Assembly: GCA_003142855.1 (NCBI GenBank)
Contig: PLNW01000092.1
Coordinates: forward strand, 11,826 to 75,825
Source of the DNA: Myxococcales bacterium
GTDB taxonomy: Bacteria > Myxococcota_A > Polyangia > Fen-1088
Reading direction: 5' to 3'
DNA length: 64,000 nucleotides
Position 1 is the stretch's first letter. Each line of letters begins with the position of its first letter. This document shows positions 50,375 to 59,595 of the stretch, piece after piece. The notes under the pieces are model-generated. The model ran no database searches, was not told where the DNA came from, and saw only the letters and a program-made list of their open reading frames with translations. Both the position numbers and the translations under genes were made by a program.

Positions 50375-52885
50375 CTACGGCTCGATGGTGGGCGCGTCGT
50401 CGCGCATGAAGGTCACCAGGAACTTCTGAATCGCGGTGCGCGCGCTGGGATTCTGGGTCGACACGAAGTGACCGTCATACTCAAGTTTGCCGTTGCTGTC
50501 GGCGGCGGGCTGGTACTGGATTTGCGCTGCCGTGACCGGGGCCAGGCTGCCAAAGGCTTGGTTGTCGATGACGGGAGGATCGATCGTGGTCATGCCGTAG
50601 TTCGCCGTGTAGTCGTCGACCAAGGGCGTCGCTATCGGGAAGCCCGCGGCCACGGCGTAGAGCCGCTGTGTCTCGACAGGCGCGTAGCTGTCGCTGGTGC
50701 CGTACACGTGCAGCGCGTGGCGCCGGCTGACCCCTTGATAGGGCTCCAAGAAGAGATGCCGGCCGAAATTCACTGAGTCCGAACGCTCGAAGTACATCTG
50801 CATCAGATTCAGCACCTGGTCGTCGGTCCCGACAGCGTTCTCGCCGAGAACCAAGGGCAGCGTGCTGGCCATGTCGACCGGCTGGCTCTTCTGCAAGATG
50901 GTGTAGATGAGGGTTCCGCCCGTGCCGCTCATCACCCCCGCGCCATAGCCGGCCTGGAAGGCCAGTGCCAGCGAAGCGGCATTCCCGCCCTGCGAATGTC
51001 CGTACAGCGCCACATGCGCGGAATCGATCTTGATGTCTTGGCCGGCAAAGCCGTCGAGCGCTCGCGGGATGGCCAGCAGATCGGCCGCGGCCTGCAGGGC
51101 GTTGTCGCGGGCCGCGCGCGGATTGAGAAAATTGTAGACCAATTCCCCGACGTCCACAGTGGAGTTTCCATTGCGCGTCCCGTGCAGAATTCCGTCGTAG
51201 CCCAATGTCGCCGTGGCAACCGCAGGCCCGCCCGCAGCCAGCCCCTGGGCGTAGTCTTCAGCCAGGCCCAGCTCGACGGCAGAACGGTAGGAACCGCCCG
51301 TGCCGTGACTGTAGACCACCAGCGGCCACCCCGCGGTCGGGGGCGTGCCGTGAGGAACCGCGAGCGAGATGCAAACGTTTTCATTGCGCACGATGCTCGC
51401 CGTCCCGTCGCTTGCCAGGATGATGCCGCCGCCATCGTTGGGGTCGAGGTAGGGAGGCGTTCCTTGCTGGAACACCGGCAGGCTGATTGTGCCCTGGTAT
51501 TCATCGAAACTGGCGCCGACCAGTTGATCGGGAAAACAGCCCCGCTTGTGGAGCGCGCCGGTCTGGCCATCATCACAGGGAGAAACGGCACCCGGATCAC
51601 TGCAACGAACCAGCGAACTCAGCGTGGGTGTGGGCGCTGCTGCAATGGCCGCTTGGATCGCGATCATGGGATCCTCGATCCTTTCGGTCGTGAACACGGC
51701 CACCGCAGCCAACTCGTCCGTGGTCAGTTTGGTGGGTGCCTGGTCGTCCGCTATATAGGCCCGCAAGGGAGCGTAGGCGGTCCAGGCAGCCGTCAGATCG
51801 GGATCGATCGGTGCCGCATCGGCCAGCATGGCAGCAAAGTCGCTGTCCTGACCGAACACCTTTCCCGCCTCATCGGTTGCGATGCTCCTCACGATGGCCG
51901 CGTAGGTGGTACCCGGCCGCAGCGGGTGGCCGAAGGGTGGACGCATCGCCAGGTAGCGGTCGCAAATGTAGAGAGTCCAATCCCCATAGATGTTGTAGCG
52001 CAGACCCGAAATGACTCCGTACTCCGGGGAGCTGGGCGTGATGTTGAGCAAAGCCAGCGACTGCTGGTTGAGCGGAGTCGTCGCCTGCACGGAGAAGCTG
52101 CCCACGTCCGGCGTCCGCGAAAAGCGGAAGAAGATCGCCTCATTGACGCCAAAACCGGTCGAGTCCTGCTCGATGGCAGCCATGTAGCGAGCCACCAGGT
52201 CGAACGGAAGCAGCCGCGCGCCCGGGGTTGGATGGCCGGTCAGGTCGATCTTGCCGTTCTTGCGACGAATGTCGTTGGGGAAGGGCAACTGGTAGAAGTC
52301 GCTGCTGGGTGGATCGCTGGCGCGAGGTACGTGAAACAAGACCGTGGGCGTGGCTGCCTCCGTCGGGTCACAGCCTGCCCCGGACCAAGGTTGCAAGAGC
52401 GCCGCCTTGGTGCAGATCCCTGACAAGCACAGCAGTCCGGCCATGCAGTCCGTGCTTTGCGTGCACCCGGCGGACAGATCGCCCGAACCTGGGGTCGAAC
52501 ACACACCGGTCAGCCCCTGTCCCGCGCACATGAGCCCGGCGCCGCACTGGCCATCGCCCGAACAGTCGGCACCCAAGGCCCCGGTGCCCACCGGCGCGCA
52601 CTCGCCCACCTGCGGGCCTTGCGTGCAGTAGTAGCCCGGCATGCATTCGGCCGAAAGAACGCAGGCCGCATCCGGAATGGTGGAGCCGGCGGGCTGGCAG
52701 GTGTGGGTAACAGAGTCGCAGAAAAGTCCAGTGCGACAGTCAGCCAGGCTGTGGCAGGTGACACCCACCCCTGAGTCGCCATGAGTGATCAGCCCCGAGG
52801 ACGACTTGCCGCCACAACCGGAAAGCGCCAAGGCAAGAACAACACCGACCGAGAAGAAGGACCGCGGACAAATGCGAAGTGTCAT
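50375..52885 (-). CDS. Lipoprotein with four C-x5-C-x5-C-x4-8-C modules and a C-terminal alpha/beta-hydrolase domain
   Basis: Start ATG 52885 (MTLRICPRSFFSVGVVLALALSGCGG). The Cys modules are CHSLADCRTGLFCDSVTHTC, CVLSAECMPGYYCTQGPQVGEC, CSGDGQCGAGLMCAGQGLTGVC and CTQSTDCMAGLLCLSGIC. A nucleophile elbow YGHSQGG is present. Confidence 0.65.
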   Translation of the reverse strand: MTLRICPRSFFSVGVVLALALSGCGGKSSSGLITHGDSGVGVTCHSLADCRTGLFCDSVTHTCQPAGSTIPDAACVLSAECMPGYYCTQGPQVGECAPVGTGALGADCSGDGQCGAGLMCAGQGLTGVCSTPGSGDLSAGCTQSTDCMAGLLCLSGICTKAALLQPWSGAGCDPTEAATPTVLFHVPRASDPPSSDFYQLPFPNDIRRKNGKIDLTGHPTPGARLLPFDLVARYMAAIEQDSTGFGVNEAIFFRFSRTPDVGSFSVQATTPLNQQSLALLNITPSSPEYGVISGLRYNIYGDWTLYICDRYLAMRPPFGHPLRPGTTYAAIVRSIATDEAGKVFGQDSDFAAMLADAAPIDPDLTAAWTAYAPLRAYIADDQAPTKLTTDELAAVAVFTTERIEDPMIAIQAAIAAAPTPTLSSLVRCSDPGAVSPCDDGQTGALHKRGCFPDQLVGASFDEYQGTISLPVFQQGTPPYLDPNDGGGIILASDGTASIVRNENVCISLAVPHGTPPTAGWPLVVYSHGTGGSYRSAVELGLAEDYAQGLAAGGPAVATATLGYDGILHGTRNGNSTVDVGELVYNFLNPRAARDNALQAAADLLAIPRALDGFAGQDIKIDSAHVALYGHSQGGNAASLALAFQAGYGAGVMSGTGGTLIYTILQKSQPVDMASTLPLVLGENAVGTDDQVLNLMQMYFERSDSVNFGRHLFLEPYQGVSRRHALHVYGTSDSYAPVETQRLYAVAAGFPIATPLVDDYTANYGMTTIDPPVIDNQAFGSLAPVTAAQIQYQPAADSNGKLEYDGHFVSTQNPSARTAIQKFLVTFMRDDAPTIEP

Positions 52886-52951
52886 AGGCAAGGCTCCTTG
52901 TCCCCAAGAGTAACCCCGCTTGCCAACCGCCACAACGCGACCAGCGGAACG

Positions 52952-55033
52952 CTAGATATCGGCCTGCGCGAGTGAGAACTTGTTGTTCTTCTCGTACAGG
53001 ACCTGGAAGCTGTCGCGCGACTCCGGCGGCAGCAGGCGCTTCACCTTCTCCTGTCGGCCCCGCTCGAAGAGCACGAACACGCGATGGCCGCGGTGACTCT
53101 TCACCCACTCCTCCATCTTCTCGTCGGCGTTGTCGGTGTCGAAGACCGTGCGTTCCTCCTGCGGGCCTTCGTAGATTTCGTTCTTCGTATAGAAGGTCTC
53201 ACCCCGCCAATACATGGAGTAGGCGATGAGCCGCTCGTCGGGCGAACGGCGGTGCTTGTAGTACTCGGCCACGGTTCCCTTCTGCGACCAGAAGGGCGCC
53301 ACCTCGCGCATGAACACGTCGAGCAGGAACCAGGTAAAGAGCACGGCCGACGCGCACAGCCCCACCACGGCCGTGCGCAGTGATTTGCGCCAGGCCAGCG
53401 CCACCAGGGTCAGGCAGAACAGCACAGCAAAGACAATGAGGGGCGCGCGGAAGTCCAGTTCTTTGGGCCAGGGCCGCCCGGTCGGGCTGTGGACGTAGTC
53501 GTAGGAGAACAGCCACAGGAAGCGCTCGCTGGCGTTCTTGGCGTTCACAAGATCGGTCATCACCAGAATCAAGAGGGGAACGCCCGGAAGCACGGAGAGA
53601 AAGCCCCGCCGTGCATCTCGACGGGTGAGCAGGTCGTCGAGGAAACACCCGATGACGATGCCCAGCCCGGGAATCGCGGGCATGACGTAGTGGTGAAACT
53701 TGGTCATGGACATGGACACCACGGCGTAGCCCGCCACGAACCAGATGGCGCCCAGCCAGTACACGGCCTGCCGGCGCACATCGTCCGCCTTGCGCATGAC
53801 CATGGTCGCCATGGCCGCAGGAGCCAACGCTACCCACGGCAAGGTGCCGTAGCCCAGCTCGCGCAGGAAGTACTCGAACGTGCCCCGATCGCCGTGGCGG
53901 CCCAGCATCATGCGCCGCCAGTGGTTGTCGCCGAACAGCTCGTTCCAGAAGGCCCACCCGTGTTTGGCAATCATGGCGTGGTGCCAGGGCGCCGCGACCA
54001 CGGCGACCACCACGATCGACAGCAACACCGCGGGCAGAAGTTGCGCGCGTCGCAGCCGCTTCCAGTTCCAGGTGAAGAGCAGGTAAGCGACGAAAATGAT
54101 TACGGGCAGGCCCAGGCCGGCAAAGCCCTTGGCCAGCACCGCCAGGCCGCACAGCATGGCCGCAATATAGAGGTAGAGGGGAGCGCGGTAGCGCGCGCGT
54201 GCCGCAAAGAACAGAAACGCGGCCGAGCCGAGGTAATAGGGAATCATCAACACCGCGCCGTACATCAGGACTTCGCCTTCGCCCCACGGCACCTTCACCT
54301 TGAGCTGGACCGAATCGATGATCAGTTGCGGCACAACGATGAGCAGGAAGACGCCGACGGTGGTGTAGAACAGCGGGTGATGGGGCCAGCTTCGCCAGCC
54401 GCGCCCGCGCCGAGGCAGCACCTCGTCGCGATCGTCGAGCAAGGCGAGCGTCCCCAGCGCCAAGGCCATGGTCATGGGTCCAACAAAGGCCATGTCAGTC
54501 ATGGCCTGACGAGCAATCAGACTGAACATGGGACATGTGCCGGTCACCAGCGCCGCCAGGAACCCGGCGCGACGGTTCACGAAGCGCGACACCACCAAGT
54601 ACACACCCCACAGGGCCAGCACGCCGAACAGGCAGAAGGGCACACGCACCGCCCATTCGGTGCGTGACAGCAGGGCCATCTCGCCTGGGTCGTTGCCAGG
54701 CAGGCCGATGCGCGCGATGTGCATGCCGATGCTCATGATCCAGAAGGTCAGCACCGGCTTGGACCAGAACACGTCGGCGTCGCGTGGGGATCCGGGCCAC
54801 CACAAGCTGATGAAGTCGCCCCGCTTGGTCATCTGGCGCGCGACCTCTGAGTAGTGCGTTTCCCACGGATCCCACAGGCCGTAGCTGCCGGCAAACGGGA
54901 TGTAGAGCAGAAGGCCGACCATGATCACGAGCAGGGTCATCTGCCGCTCGCTCAGGCGGTCGAACCAATTCACATGGGCCGGGCCCGCGGAAGCTGGGGT
55001 GGAGACTTTCGGGGCGTTTTCTGGGGTGGTCAC
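52952..55033 (-). CDS. GT-C fold glycosyltransferase, family 39 (ArnT/PMT-like)
   Basis: 693 aa with more than 12 TM segments. The first-loop motif reads GSYGLWDPWETHYSEVARQM...FWSKPVLTFW. A C-terminal soluble domain is present. Confidence 0.78.
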   Translation of the reverse strand: MTTPENAPKVSTPASAGPAHVNWFDRLSERQMTLLVIMVGLLLYIPFAGSYGLWDPWETHYSEVARQMTKRGDFISLWWPGSPRDADVFWSKPVLTFWIMSIGMHIARIGLPGNDPGEMALLSRTEWAVRVPFCLFGVLALWGVYLVVSRFVNRRAGFLAALVTGTCPMFSLIARQAMTDMAFVGPMTMALALGTLALLDDRDEVLPRRGRGWRSWPHHPLFYTTVGVFLLIVVPQLIIDSVQLKVKVPWGEGEVLMYGAVLMIPYYLGSAAFLFFAARARYRAPLYLYIAAMLCGLAVLAKGFAGLGLPVIIFVAYLLFTWNWKRLRRAQLLPAVLLSIVVVAVVAAPWHHAMIAKHGWAFWNELFGDNHWRRMMLGRHGDRGTFEYFLRELGYGTLPWVALAPAAMATMVMRKADDVRRQAVYWLGAIWFVAGYAVVSMSMTKFHHYVMPAIPGLGIVIGCFLDDLLTRRDARRGFLSVLPGVPLLILVMTDLVNAKNASERFLWLFSYDYVHSPTGRPWPKELDFRAPLIVFAVLFCLTLVALAWRKSLRTAVVGLCASAVLFTWFLLDVFMREVAPFWSQKGTVAEYYKHRRSPDERLIAYSMYWRGETFYTKNEIYEGPQEERTVFDTDNADEKMEEWVKSHRGHRVFVLFERGRQEKVKRLLPPESRDSFQVLYEKNNKFSLAQADI

Positions 55034-55418
55034 GTGGCGTCCTGCACTGGAGGAAATCTACCTCTATCACAGGGTAGCCCCGCGGCCGAAACCAAAGGGT
55101 TTGAGGTGATTCGTCTGGTCAGCCACCCCAACCTAGCCAATCCGGCGGCGCCGCACTGGCCTCGCCCATCCCTGACCCTTCGGAGTTGCGACATCGCCGG
55201 ATCTCCCCGACCCTCCCGCGGACCCGCCTAGACCCGCCTCCCCGCGGCCCACGCTGACCTACCATGCACCACCTACCCCGCCCACAGCCCGATCCTAGTC
55301 CGCGACAAGACACCATCGGCGGGTGGCGCTGCCGCTTGAGGAGGAAACCGCGGCCTCATCCGCAGTCCGAGTTTTGCGCGTGCTTTATCCTCCTTCCGGA
55401 GTCAAGGATCCACCCTTG

Positions 55419-56567
55419 ATGCCCGCTTCTGCCAAGGTGGTCCTGCGCAAGAACCTGGGGCGTGCCCTGCGCCAGGGACACCCCTGGGTCTTCCGTGATG
55501 CCCTGGCAGAAGTTCCCACCATCCCGAACGGAACCATGGTTGCGTTGACCGGACGAGACGGCAGGCCCCTGGCTTATGGCTACTGGGATTGCACCGGACC
55601 CATCGCGGTGCGTGCCCTGGACCTGCAGCCGGTATCCGATGGGCGGATGCTGGTCTGCGATCGCTTGCGCCAGGCCCTGGCCAAGCGGCTGGCGCGACTC
55701 GACCGGGACCAGACCAACGCCTTTCGCTGGGTCCACGGCGAAGGCGACGGCCTACCGGGAATCCACGTCGATCTCTACGACCAGGTGGCTGTGGTGCGTT
55801 TCGACGGCGCAGGCGCCAGGGCCTTCTACCGCGATCTCGATGACATGTTGGCCGAGTGCTCGGCCCCGCTGCGCTTGTCACGCGTCGTCGATCGCGAGCG
55901 GCGCGACGGCAATCTGGGCGAAATCGAGGTACGCGAAAATGGAATTCGCTTCATCGTGGACTTGGGCCGGGGCCAGAAGGGCGGGCTGTTTCTCGACCAG
56001 CGCGAGAACCGGCAGGCGGTGGCGGGTCACGCTGCGGGCCAGTCGCTGCTGAATCTGTACGGCTACACTGGCGGCTTTTCACTTTACGCCGCAGCCGCCG
56101 GTGCCACCCGGACCGACACCGTGGACATAGCGAAGCCGGCGCTGGCCACAGCACGCCGCAATTTCCAGCTCAACCGTCTGTCACTGCAAAACGCCGGGTT
56201 CCACGCCACCGATGCGCTGGCGTTTCTCGAACAAGCGGCTCGCCGCACGCAGCGTTGGGATATCGTGGTCTCGGATCCGCCCAGTTTCGCCCCGTCCCGG
56301 CGCGCCTTGCCCGCAGCTCGACGCGCCTACTTTCGGCTGCATCGGCTGGCGACTGCCGTGGTCGCGCCCGGCGGCCTGCTGTGCGCGGCTTCCTGTTCCA
56401 GCCATTTTCCGCGCGACGAATTCTTGACCAGCGTCGAGCGGGGCGCGGCTGCTGCGGGCCGCAGGTTCCGGCTGGAATCCGTGACTGGGGCTGGATTCGA
56501 CCACCCGACCCTGCCGGCTTTCCCGGAGGGCGATTACCTGAAGTTCGCGATTGGGCGCGTGGACTGA
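55419..56567 (+). CDS. Class I SAM-dependent rRNA methyltransferase, RlmI-like (PUA + MTase)
   Basis: Start ATG 55419 (MPASAKVVLRKNLGRALRQGHPWVFRDAL). It reads ..GLFLDQRENR...LNLYGYTGGFSLYAAAAGA...VVSDPPSF. Confidence 0.8.
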   Translation: MPASAKVVLRKNLGRALRQGHPWVFRDALAEVPTIPNGTMVALTGRDGRPLAYGYWDCTGPIAVRALDLQPVSDGRMLVCDRLRQALAKRLARLDRDQTNAFRWVHGEGDGLPGIHVDLYDQVAVVRFDGAGARAFYRDLDDMLAECSAPLRLSRVVDRERRDGNLGEIEVRENGIRFIVDLGRGQKGGLFLDQRENRQAVAGHAAGQSLLNLYGYTGGFSLYAAAAGATRTDTVDIAKPALATARRNFQLNRLSLQNAGFHATDALAFLEQAARRTQRWDIVVSDPPSFAPSRRALPAARRAYFRLHRLATAVVAPGGLLCAASCSSHFPRDEFLTSVERGAAAAGRRFRLESVTGAGFDHPTLPAFPEGDYLKFAIGRVD

Positions 56568-56783
56568 TTCTCCTCTGATATGGAAACCCTGAAAGGGTTC
56601 GCTCTGCCCTTCGGCTCCCCACGCCCTCCCCCACCCCGCTCGCTTCGCTCGGCCTCGCCATGCCCTCCCACGATGGTGCGCCGCCGGCGACGAGGGCGCG
56701 CGCGAAGCGCGCGGGGCGGGCAGGGCCGGCGGGCGGTCCCGAAGTCCCCGCAGGGGGAGCCGGCGAGCTCCCCACGCGACTAG
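56568..56783 (-). repeat. GC-rich multi-hairpin intergenic element, long copy (REP-like)
   Basis: The reverse complement shares three blocks with 58331-58413: TAGTCGCGTGGGGAGCyCGCCGGC, TCGCCGGCGGCGyACCATCGyGGGAGGG and GAACCCTTTCAGGGTTyCCAT. It carries extra inserts with further hairpins (GCGCGC-TTC-GCGCGC, TCCCC-CTGC-GGGGA). The first TAG is the stop codon of the 56780 gene. Confidence 0.6.
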
Positions 56784-57796
56784 TTGAACGTGATGCTCTT
56801 CAGGCACAAATTGTCGACGGTGATGGCTGTCGTCGACGAGGGGATCTCCACGGCAACCCAGTTGATGTTGGGCACGTCCGCCGGAAGCAAGGCGGTGCCG
56901 CTGCCGTTCCAGCAGGCCGTATTGAAGCTGGTGAACGCAATCGCGCCTCCGGTGTAGGCCGCGCAGTACTGCGTAGTCAGGGGATCTCCCTTTCTGTGCA
57001 CAATTACGCGCAACACATTGGTAGACGTGCCCGAGACCGAGACATTGATGCTCGTGTACGGCGTGCCCATGGCAGAACCGTCGGTGGACGCATACACGCC
57101 GATTTCAATACCCCAGTTTCCACTGTAATCGGGTTGAGTCGGGGTTGTGGCAAGGGCTGCAATCGTGCCCGAGACGCAAAGGGCGTTCGGGGAATTCCAG
57201 GGCGCCGTGATGGTGCAGGGACTGTTGCCCGAGACTCCGCCGAGGCACGCTGGGTCTGTCACGACATCGCCTACCGAACCCCAGTTTGGCCATCCGTAGC
57301 CAGTCATCACGCCGACGGCCAGTCCCTGCTTGAACGTGACGGTATCCCCGGTGGTGGGGCCGGTGGCCGTGTCCGGCGTGGCCGTGTCTGGCGTGGCCGT
57401 GTCCGGCGTGGCCGCGTCCGGCGTGGCCGCGTCCGGCGTTGGTTGCGCGCACACGCAGGTCGAGAACCTGCCCTCCTCTGTGCACACCTTGACGCCGGGC
57501 GGGCCGGACAGGCACGGGCACACGAGGCTTGTGCCGGAAACACACTCGGGCGGCAAGACCACTGGACCATCCGCCTCGGATGTTCCGGCATCGGGCAGTG
57601 AAACGACTTGGCGACCACCCGATGTGGCAGGAGAAGATGCGCCACCCGTGGCGGTTGCTCCGCCGGTTCCCATGTTGCCCGCGCTGGGGCCACCACCTGC
57701 CACAGCAGCATCTGCGGTGCCGTTGCCGCCGCCACCGCAGCCGCCGAGAGACGCCACCAGAAGAGACAAGAGCACGGCGCGCAGTCTGGCAACCAT
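56780..57796 (-). CDS. Secreted lipoprotein with a (TPD[AT]A) repeat linker and a C-terminal beta-sandwich (CBM-like) domain
   Basis: Start ATG 57796 ([22 protein letters not shown]). A Cys-rich segment is followed by [26 protein letters not shown]. The C-terminal ~200 aa are rich in aromatic, Gly and Thr residues. The function is not recognised. Confidence 0.6.
   Translation of the reverse strand: MVARLRAVLLSLLVASLGGCGGGGNGTADAAVAGGGPSAGNMGTGGATATGGASSPATSGGRQVVSLPDAGTSEADGPVVLPPECVSGTSLVCPCLSGPPGVKVCTEEGRFSTCVCAQPTPDAATPDAATPDTATPDTATPDTATGPTTGDTVTFKQGLAVGVMTGYGWPNWGSVGDVVTDPACLGGVSGNSPCTITAPWNSPNALCVSGTIAALATTPTQPDYSGNWGIEIGVYASTDGSAMGTPYTSINVSVSGTSTNVLRVIVHRKGDPLTTQYCAAYTGGAIAFTSFNTACWNGSGTALLPADVPNINWVAVEIPSSTTAITVDNLCLKSITFN
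57361..57435. repeat. 15-bp x5 in-frame tandem repeat
   Basis: The unit GCGTGGCCGYGTCYG occurs five times consecutively and encodes (TPD[AT]A)5 on the minus strand. Confidence 0.85.
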
Positions 57797-57895
57797 ATAG
57801 ACGATGGTCGCTCCGTTCGGGCTTCGTCGCAAACCCAATTCATCCCTGTTGCAGTCACGCGCGTCGGCGCTAGTCTCTTGCGCTCAGGAGTTTTC

Positions 57896-58333
57896 ATGGC
57901 CCTTGAACGCACGCTCGCCATCATCAAGCCCGACGCCGTGGCACAAAACGCCATCGGTGCCATCATCGCAACCATCGAACATGCCGGACTGCGGGTCATC
58001 GGCCTGCGCCAGCTGCGACTGAGCCAGGCCCAGGCCGAAGGTTTCTATGGCGTGCATCGGGAGCGTCCCTTCTTCCCCAAGCTGGTTGCGTTCATGACCT
58101 CAGGGCCCTGCGTGGTCATGGCCCTGGAGGGCGACAATGCCATCCAACGCTGGCGCGAATTGATGGGCCCGACCGACTCGACCAAGGCGCCCGCCGGCAC
58201 CATCCGCGCAAGCTTCGGAACCAGCATCGAGCGCAACGCTGTACACGGCAGCGACGCCCCGGACACGGCTCGCTTCGAATTGGCTTGGATGTTCGCAGGC
58301 GCTGAACTGGGTCTGTCCGAGCAGGCAAAGTAG
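57896..58333 (+). CDS. ndk: Nucleoside diphosphate kinase
   Basis: 145 aa. It reads [23 protein letters not shown]...[31 protein letters not shown]...GTIRASFG...[16 protein letters not shown] is present. Confidence 0.95.
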   Translation: MALERTLAIIKPDAVAQNAIGAIIATIEHAGLRVIGLRQLRLSQAQAEGFYGVHRERPFFPKLVAFMTSGPCVVMALEGDNAIQRWRELMGPTDSTKAPAGTIRASFGTSIERNAVHGSDAPDTARFELAWMFAGAELGLSEQAK

Positions 58334-58413
58334 TCGCGTGGGGAGCCCGCCGGCTTCGCCGGCGGCGTACCATCGCGGGAGGGTTTGGGAACCCTTTCAG
58401 GGTTCCCATGTAA
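58331..58413 (+). repeat. GC-rich two-hairpin intergenic element, short copy (REP-like), inverted relative to 56568-56783
   Basis: It begins at the ndk TAG stop. Hairpin 1 is CCGCCGGC-TTC-GCCGGCGG and hairpin 2 is GGGAACCCT-TTC-AGGGTTCCC. It ends 1 nt before the rlmN ATG. Confidence 0.6.
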
Positions 58414-59595
58414 ATGTCTCTCGCTACGCGACGCAAGACGTTGGCCTTGGCATTCGGGCCTGCGTTGCGACGATCCGTAGCTATACTCCCGCCGTTGGAC
58501 CTCCGATCGCTCACCATCGAGGAGCTGCGCGAACGTGTGGCGCGCCAGGGTGAACCCCCATTTCGCGCTGAACAAGTCTTCCGCTGGCTGCACAGTCCAG
58601 GCCCGGGTGGCGTGGGTAGCGTGCGCACCCCCGACGCTGTCAGCAACATTCCCCGCTCCCTGCGCGACGCCCTGCTGGCCGAGGCGCCCTTGCAACCAAT
58701 TCGCCTGGACGGTGTTGTAGTCGCGGCCGATGGCACGCGCAAGTTCCGTTTCCGCACCCACGACGGCTGTGCCATCGAGTCGGTGCTGATCCCCGACGAC
58801 AAGCCCGAGCGGGCCAAGCTGACCCTGTGCCTGTCGTGCCAGGCCGGCTGCGCCTGGGGCTGCGCCTTCTGCGCCACCGCCACGCTCGGCTTCGGCCGGC
58901 ACCTATCTGCCGGCGAAATGGTCGAGCAACTCTACTGGGGCATGGAATCCGCGGGGCAAAAGCCGAGCAACGTGGTCTTCATGGGCATGGGCGAGCCGCT
59001 GCACAACCTGGAGGCGGTGGCGCGCGCGCTTCGCATCTTCGAGCATCCTTGGGGCGCGGGACTGTCGCCCCGACGCCTCACGGTTTCCACCGCCGGCGTG
59101 GTGCCTGGAATCGATGCCTTGGCCAAGCTGCGGCCGGCGCCCAATCTGGCCATCTCGCTCAACGCCACCACGGACGAAGTGCGCGACCGGATCATGCCCG
59201 TCAACCGACACTGGAACATCGCCGCGCTGCTGGCCGCCGCTCGACGCTTCCCGCTGGCCCACCACCGTTGCATCACTTTCGAATACGTCCTGCTTGCCGG
59301 CGTCAACGACAGCGACATGGATGCCGCTCGCTTGCCGCGCCTGTTGCGTGGTATTCCGAGCAAGGTGAACATCATCCCGTACAATCCCGTGCCCGGTCTG
59401 CCCTTCGAGAGCCCCAGCGCGGAACGGGCCCTGGCCTTCCAGAACGCAGTTCGGCTTGCGGACATTCCGGTCTACATCCGCACGTCACGCGGCTCGGACG
59501 CCGCCGCGGCTTGCGGGCAGCTGGCCGCGCGCGCTGACGAACCTCTGGAAAAGTGTGAACTGGCAGCCAGTGCAAAGACAGGACGCGCCCTATGA
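58414..59595 (+). CDS. rlmN: 23S rRNA/tRNA (adenine-C2)-methyltransferase RlmN (radical SAM)
   Basis: 393 aa. It reads ..PPFRAEQVFRWLH.., a cluster motif CLSCQAGCAWGCAFCAT, ..VVFMGMGEPLHN.., ..TVSTAGV.. and ..GSDAAAACGQL. Confidence 0.9.
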   Translation: MSLATRRKTLALAFGPALRRSVAILPPLDLRSLTIEELRERVARQGEPPFRAEQVFRWLHSPGPGGVGSVRTPDAVSNIPRSLRDALLAEAPLQPIRLDGVVVAADGTRKFRFRTHDGCAIESVLIPDDKPERAKLTLCLSCQAGCAWGCAFCATATLGFGRHLSAGEMVEQLYWGMESAGQKPSNVVFMGMGEPLHNLEAVARALRIFEHPWGAGLSPRRLTVSTAGVVPGIDALAKLRPAPNLAISLNATTDEVRDRIMPVNRHWNIAALLAAARRFPLAHHRCITFEYVLLAGVNDSDMDAARLPRLLRGIPSKVNIIPYNPVPGLPFESPSAERALAFQNAVRLADIPVYIRTSRGSDAAAACGQLAARADEPLEKCELAASAKTGRAL

